In this document: piece after piece, positions 9,862 to 18,323 of the stretch
Layout of the letters: every line of letters begins with the position of its first letter
Position numbering within the stretch: position 1 is the stretch's first letter
Notes under the pieces: model-generated
The model's input: the letters and a program-made list of their open reading frames with translations, nothing else
What the model was told of the DNA's origin: nothing
Database searches by the model: none
Assembly: GCA_964546145.1 (NCBI GenBank)
Contig: CAZJIU010000003.1
Coordinates: 1 to 57,584 of the forward strand
DNA length: 57,584 nucleotides
Reading direction: 5' to 3'
DNA from: an uncultured bacterium
GTDB lineage: Bacteria > Fidelibacterota > UBA2242
Made by a program: the position numbers and the translations under genes

Positions 9862-12800
9862 CTATAATCCAAAAAGAATTGTTAAATAACTGCGCCACTC
9901 TTTACCATATTGATGGGCTATTTCCTGACTGTCCACCACCGTAAATTCGTCTAATCCGTACACAAAATCCAGACTAATTGCAGTGGGGTAGGCATAAAAT
10001 GAGAAACCGCTGAGTCGCAGCTGAATTCCCACATCCCGCTTGAAATCTGCGGTTATGGCTTTTACTATCCCGCCCGCATTCAGGGTAAATTCAGACCAGT
10101 TCATCCCCGGATAACCCTTGACTTTATTCCAGGCATTGCCGGCTTCAACATAAGTCGCCAGGAAAGCATTCTGCAGATCGAAGGACAACAATCGAATCTC
10201 CTTTTCCCGAAATAACGGAAATCTCCAGGTATAGTGCAGGCTAAACAGGTTGCGACCTTCGATACTGTAAAAAGGATAGCCGCGTAGTCCCGGCAATCCC
10301 CCGGCAAAAAAATTGAAAAAAGAATCAAGATCATACTTGGATATCCAACCAACCTGCCATCTAAAAGCTCCTACCAGTCGTTTGACCAGCGGATATTTGT
10401 GGTAGTACTCGCCTTCATGCTCGATTCTCCAGTAGTAATTGTTACGGAAATTAGTCTCCAGTGTGCCAAAATCCTCATTTATCCCAAAATCCTTAATAAA
10501 TTTATCATAATTCCGAAAAATATTAGTAGTCAAAATAAGCCCGTTATCGGGATTTGTTTCCTGGTTCACGATAGTCATCATTTTCTTAAATTGCCAGCTC
10601 AGTTTGAAGTCGAGTCCGCGGTAGTAATCGTAGGTAAAACCATTAGAATAAATTCCGGCTTCCCGAATTCTCTCATCAGTAGAAGTGCGATATTTTGAAT
10701 AAATAGCGTCCAGCCTAAATTGGTTGACACCCGTCATCGGAAGCGAAATACCACCAACCGCTTCGGTCAGGTAAAATGTATAATCCATCTCAAGTGGCCA
10801 GCCGTTATAGGTCGTCTCAAGATTTAATACACTGCGGGTGATATTATAAAACTCCAGATAGATTGTCGGATACCACTGATGATATTCCAATAGCGCCACC
10901 AAATCCCGGTCTTTCAGCCGATTAATTGATGCCCCACCAAGAATATTAAACCGTTCCAGAATCTCCGACGAATAAAAATAGAAACCTGGTTTCAGTGTCC
11001 CGTAATCCAGCATAATCCGCGGTAAAAAAAACATCCTCGAAAACTGGTCGCGGTATTTCACCGGTTCGACCGTATCAATCTGCGCCACGGTCATCATCCC
11101 GGGAATATTTTCTTGATAATTTGAATAGTGCGCCAATTCAGGCCCAATTGGCTTCGGTTCGGCGATCCTGGCAATCGCAAAGGCGCTGTTTTCAAATAAA
11201 GCATAGAGTAGCTCGCCTTTGTCATTCACCGCGGGCATGAAAGCCCCGCCGGTGACATTGGTTACGAGCTCTGTCTCACCGGTTATCAGAGACTTGCGAT
11301 AGATATTAAAAATCCCGGTCTTATCACAGGCAAAATACAGCCACTTTCCATCCGGACTGAAATAGGGGTGGCGGGAATCGTACACTGCATTGTCCAAATT
11401 TTCGATCTGATCGTTATTTAAATGATAGAGAGCAATATCTCTGCCGTGATCTATCAGATAATCGAATGCAATCGCTTTACCATCAGGTGACCAATTAGCG
11501 GTGAAAATTTCCAGGCCATCGGTATAATGGGTCAACTGCCGCGAATTTAGCGAATCCAGCTCCATCACGAAAAGGTTCGAGGTCCCATCCCGTCCGGAAA
11601 TGTAGGCAAGCTGTTTGCCATCGGGTGAGATTGCCGGATTATAAGCCCGTTCCCATTTCGTAATCTGCTTCTCGCGCCTTTTCTGAAGATCATAACAGTA
11701 AATATCATAATAAACATGCCCCTGTCGGTCAGGTTTGGAAACCTTTGAATAATAAATAAATCTGCCGTCCGACGAGACCGAGGTCCGTGAAGAGACCCGC
11801 GGTTGGATCATTTTACTCTTTTTCGTTCTCAAATCATAAACATATAAGCCAGTCTGGGAAAAATAGTCGCGACCTTTGTTGGAAAGCAGATAGACCAATG
11901 AGTCACCGCCCCATTCAGGGTAATACTGGGTTGTTGCATCGCTTATCAGGACCTCGCCGGTAACTTCATTTTGCCGAATAGTTGCGGTTAATTTCCCATA
12001 GTTATTTTCCAGCTGTTGCACCCATTCATGATGCAACTGCTTGCCGGAAATTCCGGTGGCCTTCTTTAAGGCTGAGTTGATCGAAAATTCAAAAGGTTGA
12101 GCGAGGACGGCGGCGAGATTGGAAATTACCTCTGGCCCAAAACATTCGGCGAGATACCTGACAAAAGCATAGCCCTGATTATAAACCGACTCGTTGCCAA
12201 TTCCCCGCTTCCCGAAAGAAGCCATCTGAGCTAAAGTCAGAATTTTACCATTCAGAGTCCGGTCACGCAGCAGCATATCGCGGTGTGAATCCCACAAATC
12301 GTTGGTTGTCCCGGGATACATATATTGCGCCATACCCTCCGCCAGCCACATGGGAATAACCACCCCGGGAATGGGATAGGAGCTGATTACCCGTGGATAG
12401 CCGTAGACTACGTCTTCGCGCTTCTCATCTTCATAATCAAGCACCTGAAAATAACCACCCGGTACCGACAGACCGAATTTCATCGCTTTCTGGAGTGACA
12501 CAATGTGGGTAAATTCATGGGTAATGACATCCAGCAACCAGTGATGATTGCCGCGCAAGGGGTAATCCAGCGGGGTCGCCCAGATTTCAATCTTGTTATC
12601 GTAATAATAGGCTGCGCCGTTGGAAATATCGCCGATATCCTTGATAACCAAATCGGTCTTTTGTTTGGGTTTATAATTATAAAACGAAGTAACCGGACCG
12701 TAGATAGCCTCAGCAATCTCGGCGCTCTTCCAGGCCGTCCATTCGGCTCCTTGATGATAATGGATTTCAAAGTGAGCCGTTTCAAAACTCAGCCATTGCA

Positions 12801-12915
12801 ATTCAGGATGATTGTAAGTCGCAAACTGAGCGGATAGATTAAGCGGAAGCCAAATCCAGAGAAAAGCGAGAGTGAAAACATAAGTATTTTTAAAACCTGA
12901 AAATCTATAAGTCAC
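9862..12915 (-). CDS. Exported multidomain protein: HExxH zincin (peptidase-MA-like) + PD40/TolB-type beta-propeller blades + C-terminal Omp85/BamA-type beta-barrel
   Basis: 1017 aa. GTG start overlaps the upstream stop (TAGTG). Signal peptide ...LNLSAQ. FETAHFEIHYH and VITHEFTHIV. Three SPDGK blades. FFAGGLPGLRGYPFYSIEG resembles the Omp85 loop-6 RGF/Y motif. Confidence 0.6.
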   Translation of the reverse strand: MTYRFSGFKNTYVFTLAFLWIWLPLNLSAQFATYNHPELQWLSFETAHFEIHYHQGAEWTAWKSAEIAEAIYGPVTSFYNYKPKQKTDLVIKDIGDISNGAAYYYDNKIEIWATPLDYPLRGNHHWLLDVITHEFTHIVSLQKAMKFGLSVPGGYFQVLDYEDEKREDVVYGYPRVISSYPIPGVVIPMWLAEGMAQYMYPGTTNDLWDSHRDMLLRDRTLNGKILTLAQMASFGKRGIGNESVYNQGYAFVRYLAECFGPEVISNLAAVLAQPFEFSINSALKKATGISGKQLHHEWVQQLENNYGKLTATIRQNEVTGEVLISDATTQYYPEWGGDSLVYLLSNKGRDYFSQTGLYVYDLRTKKSKMIQPRVSSRTSVSSDGRFIYYSKVSKPDRQGHVYYDIYCYDLQKRREKQITKWERAYNPAISPDGKQLAYISGRDGTSNLFVMELDSLNSRQLTHYTDGLEIFTANWSPDGKAIAFDYLIDHGRDIALYHLNNDQIENLDNAVYDSRHPYFSPDGKWLYFACDKTGIFNIYRKSLITGETELVTNVTGGAFMPAVNDKGELLYALFENSAFAIARIAEPKPIGPELAHYSNYQENIPGMMTVAQIDTVEPVKYRDQFSRMFFLPRIMLDYGTLKPGFYFYSSEILERFNILGGASINRLKDRDLVALLEYHQWYPTIYLEFYNITRSVLNLETTYNGWPLEMDYTFYLTEAVGGISLPMTGVNQFRLDAIYSKYRTSTDERIREAGIYSNGFTYDYYRGLDFKLSWQFKKMMTIVNQETNPDNGLILTTNIFRNYDKFIKDFGINEDFGTLETNFRNNYYWRIEHEGEYYHKYPLVKRLVGAFRWQVGWISKYDLDSFFNFFAGGLPGLRGYPFYSIEGRNLFSLHYTWRFPLFREKEIRLLSFDLQNAFLATYVEAGNAWNKVKGYPGMNWSEFTLNAGGIVKAITADFKRDVGIQLRLSGFSFYAYPTAISLDFVYGLDEFTVVDSQEIAHQYGKEWRSYLTILFGL

Positions 12916-15900
12916 TAATGAATAACCATAATTTTGATAATTTTGCTTTCGGTTTTGCTGCCGGAGGTGGCTTTAACCACCGCAAAATAAACGCCATTGG
13001 CGACGCCGCCGACGCTCCACTCGATCTCATTATAATCACTTACGAGGGGGTGAGAATCCTTAAATGAAGTAATAAAATCTCCGGCGAGATCGTAGATATT
13101 GATCTCAATATTGCAGTCGGCATTCGGATAATAGCGAATTGCCGTGCGGTCGTTTTTCGTCGGATTGGGCCAGTTGAAGGTTTTCTTCTTATTAAGCAAA
13201 CCGTTGCCCGTTACCATACTGCTCTGCGATTTTTTAGAATAGAAGAAACTTTGGCAAGGATTACCGCTGCTGCAATACCAGGCATCCGGCGACAATGGTT
13301 GATCGGTGAGATACAAACCGATCAGCCGGTTACCGTCCCGATTCGCTGTCAGCAAAAACGTTCCCTTCGCATTCTCCATCAGGACTGATTGATCACTCTG
13401 GCTATTCGGCAAGGCGCGTGGATAGCCAGCAATCAAACGACCGCGATAGTTATAAGCCAAAATCCCGATATCTTCCAAAGTAACGACAATGTCTAAAATC
13501 TGATCGCCGTCAATATCACTGGTGAGCAGGTGTGGAGCAAAGGACTTGTCAGAATGCTGATTGGGAACCGAGATCGGGAAATTGCTCTCCAGAACCAGGG
13601 TTTCATTAAAGGCAAAAATTTCACGCTCGTTTTTCGCCAGGATCTCTACTCGCCCGTCACCGTCAATATCGCCAAATGCCAGTGTCGAATCGAAATTACT
13701 ATTGTAATAGTAACTTACCGGCGTCGCACTCCGAAAATCCCGGATAAGATGGAGCTGATCAGGATAATTAATAACTAAATCTATCTGATCGTTTTCATCA
13801 AGGTAAGCCAATCCAATTACCGCTGAGCCCATTTTTAGATCGGGAACCAAAACTTCAGTTTCGAGTGTGGTAGGTTTAATCTGTACTATCGAACCGGCGT
13901 GGGTGTCGCCTAATAAAACCGTTCCGTCGCTAACAAACTGGTAAATCGGAAATTGGAGATTTTGACTCTCAACTGCATTTGAATTCGGCAGATATTTTAC
14001 CAGGAAATAATTATTTGACGCCTCGTCGAGCATGCAAAAGAATAGCTCATTTTGAAAAGTGCAGATATTCGAAATCAAGTGCGTTCCGGGAACAATCTGG
14101 CCCACATCCGAATTGATTGTCCCATCTCCATTAATCGAATATTTATATATGAACAAAGCATCTTTCTCGAATGACGACTTTGTGATACAAAATAGATAAT
14201 CGCTGCCATTCTGGCAAGAAAGTGTAAAATGTTCACCATAACCAAGAGTGCGGGACATAATCAAATCACCAGATTCGTTGAAAGTATAGTATTCATATAT
14301 TCCATATTTTTCGGTAGTATCCTCAGCTATTATTTGTGTTGCCCATTTATCAGTAACTACTAGTTCATTGTAGCTGTCGGTCGAATCGAAATTCACCGGA
14401 AATAATTGTAAGTTCGAAATCATGCTGGAGTGTGTTCGGAATCCTTCAAGATAGTAGCTGTCTTTAATTCGAAAACTCATCACCGAATCGGCCGGTCCGA
14501 TACTATCTACGGCGATGCCGGTAAATGCTCCGTCATAACTGCGGGCAGAAGGATTAGTGTAATCCGTGAAGCCGACCCGTTTGAGGTCATCCTGCGAGTA
14601 ATCGGGATTCATATCCCAAAAGCCCTCGTTCCCTGCAAACCAGGGATCAAAATACCAGCCGTTATCCACATTGGCGCCAATCAGCTGCGATTCATAACCC
14701 AGGTCCTGCGCACCATCGCCTTCCTCTAGATCCACGCCCCGATGATTACGGTCTGCATTCACCCGATTTTGGGCAATATTGGCGTCAATGATCGATTGAT
14801 CAATGTGCCAGATCAACAAACCCGAACCAGGCAAACCCACATCGTAGCGCGGTACCCCAAGGAATATGCCTGCAGTTGAAAATTCAGCTCCGATCGAATC
14901 GAAAATCAGTGGTAATAATGCCGGCCAATCCTTCTCGCCATTATCAACATAAATCTTATATTGAATACTATCAAGATAAACTCCAGGACGAACGTGATTA
15001 TAACGATTTTCTACCAGGAAGTACTCATTGTCATTAATCGGGATGCGCCAGAGGGTTGTATCGGAACCGGACTCGGCATGCGGCAGCTTGACATTCTGAT
15101 AACCATTAGCAAAAACGGGCATATCCCAGCCCATAAATTCGCGCTCCCAGGCAGACGGGAAAGACGGTACCAATCCATTCAGATTCGCCGATCCCTGATC
15201 CATTAGCCCAAATCTCCCGATGCCTGTTCTGCCGGTTTCGGTATCGTAGAGTCCGGGCAGCCCCAGAAAGTAGCCCATCATTAACGCAAAGGTGCCATTG
15301 AGTCCGATCTGATAATCACAGGGAATTTCGGCTCCACCGAAAACATCTTCCCAATTGGGATAGAAAAGGTGATTCTGTGACTCTGGCAAGATAATTCCGC
15401 GATCCACCGGAAGATAATCTGCAGGCAAACCAACCGCGGCATAATAATTTACCAAATCGCCGGGATTCAGATAGGCGGAGGGAATATCATAAGGCGTCGG
15501 ATCAAGAAACAACTCGAAATCCTGACCGACCCCGGCATGAAAAACGACAACAAGATGATACTTACTGAAATCAATATCAGAATCCTCAGTCGCCAGATGA
15601 ACTGCCTCAACGAATAGTTCTGTCAGGCGAATGTCAATCGAATCCTTTTCCAGGAAAGGATGATAGTATGCCATTTGATGCGGCAATTGATAGACAGCTG
15701 AGTTATCGACAGGAAAAACCTCTGATTGCAGGGTATCAATCACGACCTTGCCCCGAGAAGCATGTCGGTAAAAATTAGCTAATGCCTTCAAATGATCTTT
15801 GAAGTAGGCATTATTATGCGGAGCCGGATCTACAATTGGAAAATTATCACACGGCAAACTGGCTGAGGTGAGAAATTGACCATCGCCGGTAGTCACCGGA

Positions 15901-16076
15901 TCATCATCCGGTTGGAAAGCAACCCGCAAGGCGCAGATCCGGATTGGATTGGGGATTGTAAAAGTATTTCTGATTTCTGATTGAATTGGTCGTAATATTG
16001 GCGCGACAACCCGCTGGGTTTTACTGAATGCAAGAGCGCAAACTGGGAGCAAAAATAGGATTAATTGTCGTTTCAT
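12915..16076 (-). CDS. T9SS cargo: M6 (immune inhibitor A)-like domain with a degenerate zinc site + FG-GAP/VCBS repeats + T9SS C-terminal sorting domain
   Basis: 1053 aa with a signal peptide. GTFALMMGYFLGLPGLYD sits where M6 enzymes carry HExxHxxGxxD. YFLVENRYNH, GLLIWHID and VDLEEGDGAQDL are M6-like. DIDGDGRVEIL and DIDGDQILDIV are FG-GAP. The tail NWPNP...IYDLAGDFI...GVYFAVVKA...IKIMVIH is CTD-like. Confidence 0.65.
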   Translation of the reverse strand: MKRQLILFLLPVCALAFSKTQRVVAPILRPIQSEIRNTFTIPNPIRICALRVAFQPDDDPVTTGDGQFLTSASLPCDNFPIVDPAPHNNAYFKDHLKALANFYRHASRGKVVIDTLQSEVFPVDNSAVYQLPHQMAYYHPFLEKDSIDIRLTELFVEAVHLATEDSDIDFSKYHLVVVFHAGVGQDFELFLDPTPYDIPSAYLNPGDLVNYYAAVGLPADYLPVDRGIILPESQNHLFYPNWEDVFGGAEIPCDYQIGLNGTFALMMGYFLGLPGLYDTETGRTGIGRFGLMDQGSANLNGLVPSFPSAWEREFMGWDMPVFANGYQNVKLPHAESGSDTTLWRIPINDNEYFLVENRYNHVRPGVYLDSIQYKIYVDNGEKDWPALLPLIFDSIGAEFSTAGIFLGVPRYDVGLPGSGLLIWHIDQSIIDANIAQNRVNADRNHRGVDLEEGDGAQDLGYESQLIGANVDNGWYFDPWFAGNEGFWDMNPDYSQDDLKRVGFTDYTNPSARSYDGAFTGIAVDSIGPADSVMSFRIKDSYYLEGFRTHSSMISNLQLFPVNFDSTDSYNELVVTDKWATQIIAEDTTEKYGIYEYYTFNESGDLIMSRTLGYGEHFTLSCQNGSDYLFCITKSSFEKDALFIYKYSINGDGTINSDVGQIVPGTHLISNICTFQNELFFCMLDEASNNYFLVKYLPNSNAVESQNLQFPIYQFVSDGTVLLGDTHAGSIVQIKPTTLETEVLVPDLKMGSAVIGLAYLDENDQIDLVINYPDQLHLIRDFRSATPVSYYYNSNFDSTLAFGDIDGDGRVEILAKNEREIFAFNETLVLESNFPISVPNQHSDKSFAPHLLTSDIDGDQILDIVVTLEDIGILAYNYRGRLIAGYPRALPNSQSDQSVLMENAKGTFLLTANRDGNRLIGLYLTDQPLSPDAWYCSSGNPCQSFFYSKKSQSSMVTGNGLLNKKKTFNWPNPTKNDRTAIRYYPNADCNIEINIYDLAGDFITSFKDSHPLVSDYNEIEWSVGGVANGVYFAVVKATSGSKTESKIIKIMVIH

Positions 16077-16137
16077 GATTCTGCGGGTGGAACAAGGTGC
16101 TAATGATCCCGATTTTAGCGAAAGTTCAAAAAATCTC

Positions 16138-17400
16138 CTAAAATTTGATATCCAATGAAAAAATCATAGTATTCGCTCGGGGGTGTCCCGTATTGCCAGC
16201 AGTATAGCCAAAATCAAAGCCTAATCCGGCATAGCGTAAGCCAGCACCAAAGGTCGGCACTGGCCATTTATTGTCTACCAGAATCTTACCGGTTTTATCA
16301 TATAAAAACCCCATTCGAATGGCAAACAGATCGGAATACCAGTATTCGACCCCCAGGTTATGCACTAATTTATCAAATTCCTTTTGAAGCGATCCATCGT
16401 TTGTATCACCATCCGTATCGGCTTTATTGCCCCACTTGTTCTTGCCACCACCGACATCCTTGCCGATTCCATCCGCATCGGAATCGTGTAACAGCAGCCA
16501 GTCATCTACCCAGGAGGTAAAAATGCCAAAATACCAATCGTCAGTATAAGCCGTTTCCCGTTGACCATCCTTATTGTATTCACCAGCAGCACCAACATAA
16601 TGACCATTTTCATCATAATGTCCAATCCGCTCATCGCCATCAATATCCCGGTTCGGATAAGCAGCCACCAGTAATTTATTAACATCATAGGCAATCGTAA
16701 CGCGGTTGTATTCACCACCAAAAGTATAATTAAAACCCAATTTCAGGTTGGTCGGCATCGGATCCGCCTGAGCCACATCAATAAAAGCAATCTTGGGTCC
16801 GATGTTAGCTATTGTAGCCCCAAGGGTTAAATTTTTCAAGAGGAACTGGCGTTTGATATAACCCACATCAAAGGCAAAATTGGTCGAGGTACCTTTTCCA
16901 AGTTCGGCACCAGCTCCCTGATCAGTTAGATGCTGGTGAACCATTTTCACGCTTATACCGATGCTCGAAGTGCGGGTCAAAGCCGTCCCGTAAGATCCGG
17001 TAATTGCCATCATATAAGAAGCAAAAGTTCCTAAGTAGTTGGCATATTCATCCATCCGGTCCTGTTCACCAAGATTCAGCAGGATAATGTGACCACCAAC
17101 AGTGCCAACATTTTTAATAAAGTGCCGGTAGCCAAGAAAATCATAATAGAGGTCGCTGGCTAAATTGGGCAGCCAATTTACATGATTCAAAGCCAATTCA
17201 CGACCTCTCATAAAACCTAATCCAGCCGGATTCCAGTAGCTGGCGAAGGCATCGTCAGCCAGCGCAGCTCCTGCCTCACCCATGCCGCAGGCACGCGCTC
17301 CGGGATTAATCAGCAGCCAGATAGCTCCAGCTTCACTCTGGGCTAACAGAGATCCAACAGATATTGTTAACATCAAAAATATCGCAGAGATTTTTTTCAT
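16138..17400 (-). CDS. PorV/PorQ-family-like outer-membrane beta-barrel with Asp-rich (thrombospondin type-3-like) Ca-binding inserts
   Basis: 420 aa. Signal peptide ending LLAQ. GARACGMGEAGAALADDAFASYWNPAGLGF N-terminal signature. DIDGDERIG, DSDADGIG and DTDGDTNDG. C-terminal ...FSLDIKF. AGGAGG lies upstream of the ATG. Confidence 0.6.
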   Translation of the reverse strand: MKKISAIFLMLTISVGSLLAQSEAGAIWLLINPGARACGMGEAGAALADDAFASYWNPAGLGFMRGRELALNHVNWLPNLASDLYYDFLGYRHFIKNVGTVGGHIILLNLGEQDRMDEYANYLGTFASYMMAITGSYGTALTRTSSIGISVKMVHQHLTDQGAGAELGKGTSTNFAFDVGYIKRQFLLKNLTLGATIANIGPKIAFIDVAQADPMPTNLKLGFNYTFGGEYNRVTIAYDVNKLLVAAYPNRDIDGDERIGHYDENGHYVGAAGEYNKDGQRETAYTDDWYFGIFTSWVDDWLLLHDSDADGIGKDVGGGKNKWGNKADTDGDTNDGSLQKEFDKLVHNLGVEYWYSDLFAIRMGFLYDKTGKILVDNKWPVPTFGAGLRYAGLGFDFGYTAGNTGHPRANTMIFSLDIKF

Positions 17401-17414
17401 TGATTCCTCCTGAG

Positions 17415-17448
17415 AACAAAAAACCGAATTATAAATCGAATCCGGTTT
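17415..17448 (-). terminator. Rho-independent terminator between the Trm112-like ORF and the PorV-like gene
   Basis: On the minus strand: AAACCGGATT-cgatttat-AATTCGGTTT (10 bp including one G-U), followed by a T-run. Confidence 0.6.
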
Positions 17449-17601
17449 GGCGGTAACTTACACCTTAGAGATTTTCTGAAGAAATTTTTTCCAGGTTTTC
17501 TTCGTTCAGATTATACCAATTATTCGATAGGCTCTCCCAGTTCGTCGTGAAAATTAGTAGTAATTCCTTCAATAATCAAGAACAAATAATCAAGCAGGTG
17601 A

Positions 17602-17766
17602 TCAGAACGACTCGGCCTCATCAATCAACATAATGGGAATATCATCCCTAATCTCATATTTCAGGCGACAATTATGACAGATCAGTCGGGCATTCTCCCG
17701 ATCATACTCTAGCTCGTTTTTACATTTCGGACATACTAATATCTGGAGCAGCTCCTCTGAAATCAT
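17602..17766 (-). CDS. Trm112/YcaR-family small zinc-ribbon protein (UPF0434)
   Basis: 54-aa ORF below the track cutoff: MISEELLQILVCPKCKNELEYDRENARLICHNCRLKYEIRDDIPIMLIDEAESF. The two CxxC pairs and the IPIML(I)DEA tail are the family signature. Confidence 0.75.
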   Translation of the reverse strand: MISEELLQILVCPKCKNELEYDRENARLICHNCRLKYEIRDDIPIMLIDEAESF

Positions 17767-17866
17767 AACTGCCTCATCTTATCTTCTCCACAATTGCAAA
17801 ATAACATCTTTCCAACTATTCATTGCTATTTTTGTTCCTTCAAAATCAGTAAAACTTCCCTTAGCC

Positions 17867-18316
17867 CTATTCGCCCAATTGATCAATCTGGCTGCGGAAT
17901 TCATTCAAATCCTTGAATTTTTTATAGACCGAAGCAAAGCGGACATAGGCAATCTCATCCAGGTCCTTGAGATATTTCATTACCAGCTCACCGATATGGC
18001 TGGATACTACCTCCCCACCGGATTTCTCTTCTATCGCTTTCTCGATATCAATCACGATCGCTTCTAATTTTTCTCTGGAAACAGGTCGTTTATTACAGGC
18101 GATTTTAATACTATTGAATAATTTCTGGTGGTCATACTCCTCACGCCGTCCGTCATTTTTAATAATCATCAATGGATATTCCACAACATATTCATAAGTC
18201 GTAAAACGATGGCTGCAATCCAGGCATTCCCGACGCCGCCGAATGGCATTATTGCGTTGCGCAGCCCGTGAATCAATGACCTTGGTCTCAGCCGAATTAC
18301 AAAATGGACACTTCAT
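17867..18316 (-). CDS. nrdR: Transcriptional repressor NrdR (start moved to MKCPFCNS)
   Basis: Zn-ribbon CPFC...CLDC plus an ATP-cone. The 31-aa N-terminal extension in the track ORF would overlap glyA and is not NrdR-like. Confidence 0.9.
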   Translation of the reverse strand: MKCPFCNSAETKVIDSRAAQRNNAIRRRRECLDCSHRFTTYEYVVEYPLMIIKNDGRREEYDHQKLFNSIKIACNKRPVSREKLEAIVIDIEKAIEEKSGGEVVSSHIGELVMKYLKDLDEIAYVRFASVYKKFKDLNEFRSQIDQLGE

Positions 18317-18323
18317 AGATTTC

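Noticed and set aside
12915-16076. The possibility that the 1053-aa protein next to the PorV-like gene is the T9SS sortase PorU, since porU-porV adjacency is common.
   Set aside because: I see no gingipain/C25-like His-Cys catalytic blocks. The recognisable blocks are M6-metalloprotease-like and FG-GAP. I treated it as cargo rather than machinery, though only a profile search could exclude PorU.
16506-16721. Nested alternative-frame ORFs inside large genes (for example 16506-16721, 9560-9790, 10101-10352, 12480-12785, 22349-22573).
   Set aside because: They are short and lie inside well-supported longer ORFs. They have biased amino-acid composition (Met/Leu/Ile/Arg-rich) and no motifs. They are typical spurious shadow ORFs.
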